The notes under the pieces are model-generated. The model was not told the DNA's origin and ran no database searches. It worked only from the letters and a program-made list of their open reading frames with translations. A DNA stretch of 64,000 bases from Octopus vulgaris (lineage: Eukaryota), in contig OX597826.1 of the NCBI GenBank assembly GCA_951406725.2, positions 42,904,001-42,968,000 on the forward strand, read 5' to 3'. A program made the translations under genes and the position numbers. Of this stretch, positions 24,346 through 36,433 are shown in pieces; the first letter of the stretch is position 1, and each line of letters opens with the position of its first letter.

Positions 24346-25789
24346 TACATATATAATGTGTGTGTGCATCTGTTTATATCAGCATGTTCTGAACCACACA
24401 GATATGGCAAGCAACACTACAATGAGGTATTTATGTCTCACTAAGCTATCTCCACTTTTACTCCAAGCATGAGTTTCCTGACATTTGTACAGAGATTGAA
24501 TAGAAACATAAGTTTGAGAGAAAGTACAGGGGAGTGTGGGTGAGTTGATATAATCAAAATGGCCACAGTGTTTAGGATGGAACCAAGTAAATATATATAT
24601 ATATATAACTGCAATTATATGTGAAGGCCACAATTTAAAGAAGGAAACAATCCAAGAACAAATTTGATTGATTATGTTATAGGCACACCAACAGCAATGA
24701 TACTCAAATTATTGTAAAAGGATACCCACCTAGTGCAGTGCATATATTTAAAAATATAATTTAAGTCTTTAGAAAATTCAAGTGAATAAAGTGAAAACAT
24801 TAATTTCAAAGTGATTTCTTCATTTGAATGAAAAGATTAAAATCTCAGCCTCTACACAATCGCAAAAGTGCGCTGCATTCCAAATGTAAATTTTTGTCAT
24901 TGTTTTTTTTTTTTTTTTTTTTTTGTCCATTTTGGCCATACAACATCCTTAGCACTCAATATTAATTCCACAATCCTTGCTCTAAATCTACACGGTTTCT
25001 CTATTCATTATCAAAGATTTTAAGATTTTGAAATTATGTAAAGATAAGAAACTCTTATATCTTGAAAGCAATGCGTAGAGGAATTCTGCTTACCAAAAAG
25101 AGTGTATATTCAATTTTTAATTTGATTTTGAAACGTAATAGAAAAAGGAGGGCTGGAGGGGGGATGTAAGTTACCGCTCCACAAAACAAATTGTTTATGA
25201 TTATTATAAAGTAAATTTTTAATTAAATTTACTTTCAGATTATATCTGAAAGTAAAAGTGATAACTTCAAAAAGTTTTGCATTAAATACCATTATCAAGA
25301 TGAAACAACATGGCTTAATATGGTGAGGAGGCGGGTGGGGGTGGGGGCATTATTTTCTTCTGCATTCTTAGTCCAATATGAATAACACAAACACACATGA
25401 ATTCTACAATAAAAAATTCCTTTTAAAGTTTCACATTTTGATTGCAGTTATATATACATACTTACTCGGTTCCGTCATAACACTGTGGCCATGCTGGGGC
25501 ACCATCTTGATGTTACTTATTCTATTAGGCATCTTCGCTGAACTGCTTAGTTACGAAGATATAAACACACCAACACCAGTTGTCAAGCAGTGTGTGTGCA
25601 AACAGAGACATATGCACACATATACAATTGGCTTCTTTCAGTTTCTATCTACCAAATCCATTCAATACGCTTTAGTCAACCCAAGACTAGAGTGGAGGGG
25701 ACTCTTGTCCAAGATGTCACACAGTTGGACTGAACCTAGAACCATTAGGTTGGGAAGCAAACTTCCTACCATACAGCCATACACACACA

Positions 25790-25843
<54 letters not shown>

Positions 25844-25858
25844 TGCATATACATGTGG

Positions 25859-25910
<52 letters not shown>

Positions 25911-26959
25911 GTTGATAAACCTGTAGAAAATTTCTAAGTTTATTTAATAAAAGGAGAAAACATGGAAAAATTTTTCTCATTTGCCAAATACGTTTTTTTC
26001 TCTCATCAAAATGAGTTCTTATTTTTATTTTTGTTTGTTTCAAGGGTGACATATTTATATCTATTAAATGTGGAACTTTATTGCAAAATGCATTATCAAT
26101 ATTTTCTGAATTTAAGCAGGAAATTTTCTTACGTAACATCACTGCTAGAGTTAAGTTATATGCATGCAAGATAATGCCGGAGAAGATTTTTCACAGAAGC
26201 CATAGCCAAATAGTCAATGAACATGGTAAAATCATTTCTGATTATTTTATAAAAACGAAACAAAACAAAACAAAACGTAAAAAATAGGAAAATGATTATC
26301 TTTAAAATTGTTTATTTATAAAAGTAAAAAAAAAATTAACATAAAAAAAAGAAAGCATAAAAAGAAACAAAAGCAACCAAAGCAAATAAACAAACTAAGT
26401 AGAAAATAAAAGTTAAGAAATTTAATAGCAGAATTAATAATTCTTAAATATTCATTGAAAATATAGTTGAAAGATCAATTTAGATCCTAATTACAGATAT
26501 TCGTCAATAATGATATTTTATCTTATTGTTGGTGATAAATTAGATGAGGCATAATTTAGATAGCATTTCAATTAAACATGCATGTATGCACACATAAACA
26601 CGCATATACAATTGTGTATGTGTGTGTGTGTGCATATGTGTGAATGTGTGTACATCCATATGCATATGGGCAAGTTTTATAGTTACTAATTTGGTAGAAA
26701 GTTGGAGAAAGAGCTATTTATAAAGCAGGTCAATTCAAGTCAATGATTTTTACGACCCTTTAGCTAAGTGTGGACAGTAGTAAAAGCATAAACAATAATT
26801 TTATGCTTTGCATAGCAACTAGTTCTGGTTGATATGTAATTATCATAACTGAATAGAACAAGCTCTAATGCAAGCAACAGACATGGTTTCGTCTTGACAC
26901 TGTAATCTCCGACCAACGAAGAAGACAGTAAATTATATAAATATATATTTAGCTAACTT

Positions 26960-27310
26960 ACCATTGTACAAGCAAATTGAGATAAAAGTAACGGAGCAAT
27001 TTGATTGAGGAGCTATTCTTAAGGTAGTGACTGAGAAATGAGTAGTTTGAAGGGAAGAATGACCACAACATATAGAAGATAGAAGATAGAGGTGGTGGTA
27101 GAGATACCAATAAGATAGGGTTGAAGTCTGAGTTATGAAAGTAACAGCAAGGTGACTGTCTGGAATCCTGTGTGAGAAGAGGAACTGTGTCTAAATTTTG
27201 GCTGACACTAGGAATTTTATCACAAGTATCAACCAGCAAATAGGAGAGCTGTGTCATGGTAGGTATTAGTTGACAGTTAGGTGCTGTGTCAACATAGGTC
27301 GAAAACATTG
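26960..27310 (-). mobile_element. Highly degenerate CR1/L2-like LINE fragment
   Basis: Patchy resemblance to the post-RT region of CR1/L2 ORF2 across frameshifts. Confidence 0.3.
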
Positions 27311-28586
27311 AAAACTAGAAGCAGAAGAAAATCTTTTAAAACTATTAGTATATTTGGTACTAAACTCTTTGGGTCAATCTCTCCTCATTCTAAAAGAAAG
27401 AAAGAAAAAAAAAAGTTTTGAACTTAATAGCTGTTCAAAATGTTTTGCAATATTTGTTGACTCTAACGTGGCGAGCTAGCAGAATTGTTACCATGCCAGT
27501 CAAAATGCTTGGTGGCATTTCGTCTTCTTTACATTCTGAATTCAAATTTCATTGAGGCTTTCATCCTTTTTGGGGTTAATAAAATAAGTACTAGTTGAAC
27601 ATTGGGGTCAATGAATTGACTTATCCCCTCTCCTGAACTTGCCGGCCTAGTGTCAAAATTTGAAGCCAATACTTGTTCTGGCTCTTTAGCATATTATATT
27701 CAGAGTTCATATCCTTTCTGGGTCAACTTCACCTTTCATTCCTCAAAGGCTGATAAAATAAAGTACCAGTCAAGGACTGGAGTTGATGGCATCATTTAAA
27801 TCCCCTTTCATCAGAATTGCTGGTCTTGTGCCTAAGTCAGAAAACATTGTTATATACAGTTGGTGAATATAAGAATTGATCAAGTGTTACATGTTAATTA
27901 GCATTAGCTAATTAACAGGAGTTTAATCTCTGATTCAGACAGATAATATATTCTTTGGTTTGGGTGACATCAGATGTGGTAAAATTATTAACGGAATACA
28001 CCAAGTATGATCAATTGAATGACAACAATCAATCTACCCATCGGATGTGGTTTGAAATTCCAAGAACATTACGGAATACAAAAGGCACCTGAAGACGGCA
28101 AGAAGGTACCCTGGTTGAAATGTTACTATCAGAACAACAATGAAGACATTAGTCTGAATTATGTTAGTATATGTGTGTGAGTTGTGTGTATATTTATATA
28201 TAGAGGCATAGGCATAACTGTGTGGTAAGAAGTTCTCTCCCCAACCACGTGGTTTCAGGTTTATGCCCACTGCATGACACCTTAAGCAAGAGTCTTCTAC
28301 TATGGTCCTGGGCTGACCAAAGCCCTGTAGGTGGATTTGATAGAAACTAAAAGAAGCCCATCATATATAAATGTTTCTTAACTAGGTTTCAATTTACAAC
28401 CTCTCTCTCTCTTTGTCTTCCAGTCCACCCCCTTCTCCCTCCACCCTCCCCTCGAAATTCAGGTAATACGATGTAACAAAGATTTTATTAACCTGATTTC
28501 TTTCTTAAATATTTATCAATTCAGGCTTGTATTTTCTTTGATGTTTTTCTGTTATTTCCATGAATACCAAATAAATGTGATATACA

Positions 28587-28668
<82 letters not shown>

Positions 28669-29194
28669 CATAATAATAATAATAATAATTGCTTCTTATT
28701 TAAGCACAAGGTCAGCACTTTTGTGAGTAATGAAGTTTGTCGTAATCATCAACTCTGTTACTTGACTAGAACTTTATTTTATCAATCCTGCAAGAATGAA
28801 AGGTAAAGCTGGCCATGGTAGGATTTGAACTCAGAACACAAAGAGTTGGAACAATGGTAATTCCTCATGTCAGAAACTGAGAAAATTTAAAGGTCAGTCA
28901 AATATTCTAATGACGGACTCTACCATTGGTTTTAATGTAGGACGGTCCAATGGTTCAGAAAAAAACTAATCAGTTCTGATCTTTGTGTCTCTTGTGAAAC
29001 ACATAATGACAGAACCATTTGACTAACCATGCACATGATTTGATCAGAGTGATGAATGTCTGTCTGGGACCAGCCACAATTTTTAGAAAAGCTGATAACA
29101 GAAAAATGCAGCACATTATTCCAATCCCGTGATTTCTCCAAATAGTATTCCTGAGGTTTTATACCAAAATAACCTTCACTTCCAGAGACAAGCT

Positions 29195-29640
29195 TTAACC
29201 CTTAGATGGCAGGCATCAGTTTATGTTTCATTAGAGAACAGCGGACATCATAAATTGATGTTTCATTAGTGAAAAGCAGACATTATCAATTGATGTTTCT
29301 ACATGGCTATGGTAACCATCAATTGATGCCTAAATGTCTACTTCGTCAATTGTGCCTAAGTTCAAGTGGCTCTAATTGATGGAAGAAATCTAGTTGCAAA
29401 TGGACGACTTATACAGCAGTGAAGTTCTTCAGCTTTTCCTCCATCGTCAGATGAGGTTGATGCTGATGATGATGCTCTAGATAGAACAGAAGAAAATGAT
29501 ACTTCAACTAGCTGTGGATGGAAAAAGTGCACCAGTTTTTCTCCATTTGTAGATTCATTTCACAAGAACAATACAGGAATCTCAAATGAATTTATGCTCA
29601 AGTGATTTTATTGCCTTTTTGCCATTATCTTTACAATCTA
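29195..29640 (+). mobile_element. Left end of a degenerate piggyBac-like transposon
   Basis: TTAA-CCCTT terminus, about 5 copies of a catcaattgatg-like palindromic subterminal motif, then the acidic peptide DEVDADDDALDRTEENDTSTSCGWKK. Confidence 0.5.
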
Positions 29641-30104
29641 AGAGAATTAAAATATCATTATCACAATTTTTGTACTTATTTAAAGTGAAAATAAATATAA
29701 AAATTACCCTTAAGAAAAAAAAGATATTTTTTGCTTCTTGCCCATATTTGGTACACGCATTCATGTTAACCTTTTCCCACCATTTAAAGATTAATGAGAA
29801 CCAAGGAGCACTTTATTCCCAAGGGCCCTTACTGCATGATCAACACCAACCTGGAATTTCTAATTTCTCCGTACTTTATATTCTGTGAATTAACACCTGA
29901 ATATATCCGAATCAAAAGACCATCATTATCAGTGCTTTGTTGCTGTATAATTTAGAACAGATATTAAATCGATAATTAAGAGGTAATTAGCGAAAGATAT
30001 GTAAAAAGACTGCAGCATAGCATCTTATCAAATTATAATACTGTCTAATTGGTTGTGTTAGCATAAAACTAGAAGGTCCCCCCAATTAAAAGTTTAATGT
30101 TTGC

Positions 30105-30140
<36 letters not shown>

Positions 30141-30610
30141 CATATATGTATGTATGTATGTATGTGTGTGTGTGTGTGTTTTGCATGTATATAAGCATAT
30201 ATATGTGTGTGTGTCTGTATATATATATATATATAATATATATACACATGTATATATGCATGTATAAGTGTATATGTATATATAAGAATGAAGTATAACA
30301 ATTAATTATTAAAATCCAATAAATTGTTGGATTGGTTTCGATATTCTAGAGAATTCCACCTTCTATAATTAAGAGATACAAGATATTGTGAAGAAATTAA
30401 ATGTAATCTAAACAAGTTTGCCATTAGCAAATACAAATAATAATAACAGTAATAATAATAATAATAATAATAAAAAGAGTCTAAAAAATATAGTTTTGTT
30501 ACAACTTTAATATCTCAAACTTAATTTTAAAAAACCCCAGCAGCTCTTCAAACCAGATTTTAGAGCTGTTCACAGAATCGAAAAATTTAATAAATCTGAA
30601 GAAAAGATGC

Positions 30611-30641
<31 letters not shown>

Positions 30642-32024
30642 AACCGTAATAATTAAATGAATGCTAATAAGATTATTTTAAATAATGAAATACATAAATG
30701 ACCCCAGATTTATATTAAGTATTTAATTAAATAAAAATAATAATAATAATAATGATAATAATAATACTAATAATGATGATAATAATAATTTCAAAAACCT
30801 TTGTCTACTTATTTATTTATAAGACAATCTTAGCAAATCATATAAGACTTAAGAAGTTATGGTGAGAATTGCAGAGGTCAATAACATGTGTTAAAAATAT
30901 CTTAGAAATAAATTGTTTGTTTTGATTATAATTTAATTTCATCTCGCATGTTTCTTAACTAGGTTTCAATTTACAACCTCTCTCTCTTTGTCTTCCAGTC
31001 CATCCCCTTCGCCCCCCCACCCTCCCCTCGAAATTCAGATAATACGATGTAACAAAGATTTAATTAACCTGATTTCTTTCTTAAATATTTATCAATTCAG
31101 GCTTGTATTTTCTTTGACGTTTTTCCTGTTATTTCCATGAATACCAAATAAATGTGAAATAAACCAATACTTTATAGAATGCAAGAACATGAGAGAACAT
31201 TTAACATTAATATTGTAAACAGCTAACTTTCCTTTATTTTTCTTTCCCTCTATTTTATTTATCTTTAAATAAGAATTAAGAATGGCTATATATCAAAAAC
31301 TCAAAGATTTTTCTGTACATTTCTTCAGTTCAGTTCCTGTATTTTTGTAAAAGAAGTTGGGCATCTCAAATACGACCAATTCATATTAATAATACAAGAA
31401 TGTAAACTAACAGCATCGGTATTTCCTTAAATTCTCTCAGTGTTTAAGAATCTCAATGATGATAATTTCTTTTGTCTTATGGACATGTCAAGATCCAAGA
31501 ACACAGGAAAAAATATAAATAAATAAAACCACAAACACACAACAGAAAAGGAAAAAAAAAGAAGAGGAAGACGATTAAGTATTGTAAAAGCCCAATATCA
31601 ATTGCATTGGTTGTTCAGGATCATTCTAAACTTGGATAACCAAATTTGTTATCTGAATAGGGGGATTCACATGAAGAAGCTTCGGTTTTCCAGAATAAGA
31701 TCTTAATGGTTTAGTAAGGAGGTACGCACAGGTTTAACAATCTGATATTGAACGTTTTATAGCAAAGAACAGCAAATGGAATCTCTAATACAGCAGTTGT
31801 GTAACATAGATGTTTCAGAATGAGGGAATGAAATATTAGAAGCTGTAACAAATAATGACAGTTAATAATTTGATTTGCAAAACAAGCATTGCTGAAATTG
31901 ATCTATTGAGGAGAGGATAAGGAATCTATGATCAGATCTGTTATATAATAGAACCAATTACTGATATATAAAAGACCTGTTATATAATGATAATACAGAA
32001 ACACTGCTAATATAAAAGAGAAAC

Positions 32025-32088
32025 ATATATATATATATATACACATACACACATATATATATATGTGTATATATATATACATACACAC

Positions 32089-32180
<92 letters not shown>

Positions 32181-32348
32181 ATATATATATACATACACAC
32201 ACATATATATATGTATATATATATATATGTGTATATATATATATACACACACACATATATATATATGTGTATATATATATATATACACACACATACACAC
32301 ACACATATATATATATATACATACACACACACACATATATATATATAT

Positions 32349-32393
<45 letters not shown>

Positions 32394-32400
32394 CATACAT

Positions 32401-32433
<33 letters not shown>

Positions 32434-32440
32434 CATACAT

Positions 32441-32473
<33 letters not shown>

Positions 32474-32480
32474 CATACAT

Positions 32481-32527
<47 letters not shown>

Positions 32528-32545
32528 CATACACATATGCATACA
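32025..32545. repeat. ~520 bp compound (TA)n/(CA)n microsatellite
   Basis: Almost uninterrupted alternating purine-pyrimidine tract. Confidence 0.97.
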
Positions 32546-33954
32546 CACATTCACTCAAGCACATATTGAGTTTTAACAAAAAAAAAAAAATGCTAACATA
32601 AAAAAATATGTAAAATGCTTCAGACATGACAGTTTCGAAGTAAAAGGTTACGAGATCAAACATTGCCAATATCAAGATATATCACTTTACTTAAGTGAAT
32701 CAATTGAGAAATACATTAAGAAGAGCGAATATAGAGGAACATGAGGATGCTATTACTGCTTTAGAAGAACAGGTGGAAAGACAATACAGGAATTTAGGGA
32801 GGAGAGAAAATAAGCCCAGTGGAAGAACAAGGGGAAAAGAAGAACAGCAAAAAAACCTTTCCTGAAAGATTCAAAGTATTTATCAAAAAAAATCAAAAAA
32901 GAATGCTGCTTATTGAGAATAAAAGAAGCAAATTGAATCCTAGTAAAAAGGGTGTTAGAATTTCAGTTGAAAGTTTCTATAGATATCCCAGATATCAGGA
33001 TTAGCTGCTTATGATGACAAGTGTTGGTGCTTAATGTGTGTAACATTGAAATGAAGATAGGCTGGATTTGATTTCATGAATGATAACACACAAGTCCCCC
33101 AAAAGACTGAGCTATTTACAACTACTTATGCAGTTATAGAAAAAGTTCTTGGTCAACAAGTTCTAGGTACAGGCATGGCTGTGTGGTTAAGAAGCTACCT
33201 TCTCAAACATGGTGGTTTCAGGTTCGGTCCTATTGTGTTGCACTTTAGGCAAACTGTCTTCTATTATAGCCCCAGGCTGACCAAAAGTCAGAGTGGATTT
33301 GATAGACTGAAACTGAAAGAAACCTGTTGTGTGTGTTCATCTCCTTGTCTTGACATTATGTGATAGCTCTAAACAAGCATCACCATCATACAAGCAATGT
33401 TCTTTGTTTGTAGTCTTCTATGAAAAATGTCTGCTAATGGGAAAATATCACCTTGTTTAGAAACAGGTGAAGATTGAAGATTGGTGACAAAAGGGGCATC
33501 AGAACAGAGAAATCCACCTGACACATGCAAACATGCGAATATGGATGTCAATAGTGGAAATGATATAGGAGTTAAGAAGTTGCTTGTTTTTTTTATAAAT
33601 AGAAGGGAAGACTATGAGATTAATTAGCTTACAGAGGATATTGTAATATACAGTGTTAATGAACCCCATGCAGATGGCAAAACAACCCTTTAAGCCAAGT
33701 GAACAGGTGAATTAAGCAGAATTCTGTATGTAAGAGAATTTTAATTTTGCTTTTTACTTGGTGGGTTTAGAGGAAGAGACAATGTTCATGGCGTTTTTTT
33801 CTCTCTCTTCTTTCTACTCTATGCACAAGGCCCAAAATTTTTAGGGAAGGGGCCAGTCGATTAGATTGACCCCAGTATGCAACTGGTACTTAATTTATCA
33901 ACCTTCAAAGGATGAAAGGCAAAGTCAACCATGGCTTTTGCAGAGTCTCCTAGA

Positions 33955-34090
33955 CTGGTGAAAGTGAGGCCATTAATGTTCTTGTTGAACCTTTGTAAGT
34001 CAACATTTGCAGGAAAGACAAGAGCAGGAAGGGGATTCTAGGAGGATCACATTTCCGAGAAGGAAGGACTGGGCATAGTGATTATGCCCG
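33955..34090 (-). mobile_element. CR1/L2-like LINE 3' coding fragment
   Basis: Translation HYAQSFL...NPLPALVFPANVDLQRFNKNIN resembles the WNxLP...F-K C-terminus. Confidence 0.55.
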
Positions 34091-34440
34091 CTACGTTCTG
34101 AGTTCAAATTCCGCCGAGGTCAACTTTGCCTTTCATCCTTTCGGGGTCGATTAAATAAGTACCAGTTATGCACTGGGGTCGATATAATCAACTTAATCCG
34201 TTTGTCTGTCCTTGTTTGTCCTCTCTGTGTTTAGCCCCTTGTGGGTAGTAAAGAAATATTTCGTCTGCCATTACGTTCTGAGTTGAAATTCTGCTGAGGT
34301 CGACTTTGCCTTTCATCCTTTCGGGGTCGATAAATTAAGTACCAGTTACACACTGGGGGTCGATGTAATTGACTTAATCCCTTTGTCTGTCCTTGTTTGT
34401 CCCTTCTATGTTTAGCCCCCTGTGGGCAATAAAGAAATAA
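34090..34440 (+). mobile_element. SINE family A dimer, 5'-truncated
   Basis: Two bodies joined at aagaaa-tatttcgtc (~34257). Confidence 0.85.
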
Positions 34441-34701
34441 GAAAGGGGTCCCCACCATGACAGAATATAGTCAAGTGTGTATGAAATGTTAATCCATAGT
34501 ATTAGACAGGTAGGTCGATGGATGGACAGACAGAGTTGTACTTTATTTTACTGACCCTGGAAAGCAAAGCTGATTTCAGTGGTATTTGAACTCAGAACGT
34601 AAAGAGCAGGAACAAATGCTTCCAAGTAGTTTGCCTGATAGGCTAACAGTTCTGCTAGCTTGTTGCCTTAGACGACAATTAAATAATGGTCCTGCATATA
34701 G

Positions 34702-35098
34702 ACTCTTTACTTGTCTCAGTCATTTGACTGTGGCCATGCTGGAGCACCGCCTTTAGTCGAGCAAATTGACCCCAGGACTTATTCTTTGTAAGCCTACTAC
34801 TTATTCTATTGGTCCCCGTTGCCGAACCGCTAAATGAGGGGGACATAAACACACCAGTATCGGTTGTCAAGCAATGCTAAGGGGACAAACACAGACACAC
34901 AAACATACACACACAAATATATATATACATATATACGACAGGCTTCTTTCAGTTTCCGTCTACCAAATCCACTCACAAGGCTTTGGTTGGCCCGAGGCTA
35001 TAGTAGAAGACATTTGCCCAAGATGCAACGCAGTGGGACAGAACCAGGAACCATGTGGTTGGTAAGCAAGCTACTTACTACACAGCCACTCCTACGGC
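34702..35098 (-). mobile_element. SINE family B, full length
   Basis: Reverse complement of the 11473-11890 type. Confidence 0.85.
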
Positions 35099-35613
35099 TA
35101 TACGTATATTTTTTTAGACACACACCTGCTGATTGCTATACTATATATTTAGGCTGTAGGCTTCATCTCATAGTAAAGACTGAAACACAAAAGACGAAAT
35201 GAATAGTCTGCAGAGTGTATATACCACTGTTATGCTGCTGTATGTAAAGCTTACATGAAAACAGACAATGAGTTAATATATTAAATTCTTTGTCTGTTAA
35301 CTTTTATCCAAACATTTTCTAGTTTTCATGCAAAGGATTAATTCTGATGTAATATTTTTCAAAGAATTTCAGTGAAAGCCTAATTAATTTGACTCATTTT
35401 CAATGTATAAAAGACAAATCTTATTTTGGTATTAAGTGTAAATTATACAATGGAATAATAGATTAATCTGCTAAGTTTGGCAATAAGGAAACAATAGATG
35501 ATAAATACCAAAGCTGGAATGAAGTGAATTAAAAGGGAATGAGCTGAACAGGCCAGATTAGAAGGCATGAAAAATCAAGAGGCATTAGAAGATTAATGAA
35601 AAGATACACTTAC

Positions 35614-35809
35614 CAGAATCGGAAACGGTAAAAGTCCCATCATTTCCTGAGGTGATAGATAGCAGGAAAGACCCAGTAGTGTCTGGATCTTTAACAACAA
35701 GTTTAAGGACATCAAAATCAATGGGAAAGTTCTCTATTAGCTCCAAGGCATATACACTGTGGTTAAAATGAGGTGGATTGTCATTGACATCCAATAGCTC
35801 AATTGTTAC
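35614..35809 (-). CDS. FAT4: Internal exon (first in window) of a Fat/FAT4-like atypical cadherin
   Basis: Acceptor ttttttttcctttcag and donor G|gtaagt; 196 nt, phase 0 to 1. Encodes VTIELLDVNDNPPHF...ENFP...KDPDT...SGNDGTFTVSDS with the cadherin Ca-binding motifs DxNDN and DxD. Confidence 0.93.
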
Positions 35810-35945
35810 CTGAAAGGAAAAAAAAAACACACCATAAATTAACATAAATAATATGTAATATATGCACAAGGACAATTATTTTGGGGAATGATCTAATCAA
35901 AAGGAACATTAACAATGATAAAAAATTATTTTGTACAGGTTGCAT

Positions 35946-36174
35946 TTAACCCTTTCGTTACCATATTTCTATTGAAATACTCTGCCTTTGTTTAAATTAA
36001 TTTTGAAAATAACAAAGAATTTATTAAAATAACTTTGTTATTTTGAAGTTGGTGTTAGGAACATAAATTAACATGAAATTTTGATGAACGTTTTTAAGCG
36101 AGGTCACTTGAAAACTAGAAATTTGTTTAATAGAACCAAGGGCAGTCTCAGGTGAGGTGATATCAAAAGGTTAA
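35946..36174. mobile_element. TTAA piggyBac-like MITE
   Basis: ttaaccctttcgttac start and aaaaggttaa end. Confidence 0.75.
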
Positions 36175-36304
36175 AACACGGACGCCAGCACATTAAAGAG
36201 CACTCACAATAATTCTACATGTGTTTCCACTCATTTGCCATATACCCTCGAAGTCTGAACACTTCTCATTCCCCAATGATGTGTAGTAATCTTACCAGTC
36301 TTGT

Positions 36305-36368
36305 GGGGAGAGAGAGAGAGAGAGAGGGAGGGGGGAGAGAGAGAGGAGAGAGAGAGAGAGGGAGGGAG

Positions 36369-36430
<62 letters not shown>
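36305..36430. repeat. (GA)n/(GGGA)n polypurine tract
   Basis: Direct observation. Confidence 0.95.

Positions 36431-36433
<3 letters not shown>

Noticed and set aside
28932-29190. Possible transposase fragment on the minus strand
   Set aside because: Resemblance is too weak to support without an alignment.
31903-32675. Long ORFs of 130-220 aa on both strands
   Set aside because: They are translations of a TA/CA microsatellite (YI/HT/CV runs), not genes.
11974-35809. Member of the expanded cephalopod clustered protocadherins
   Set aside because: Those typically encode the ectodomain in large exons. Here the repeats are split over small exons and the sequence looks Fat-like.
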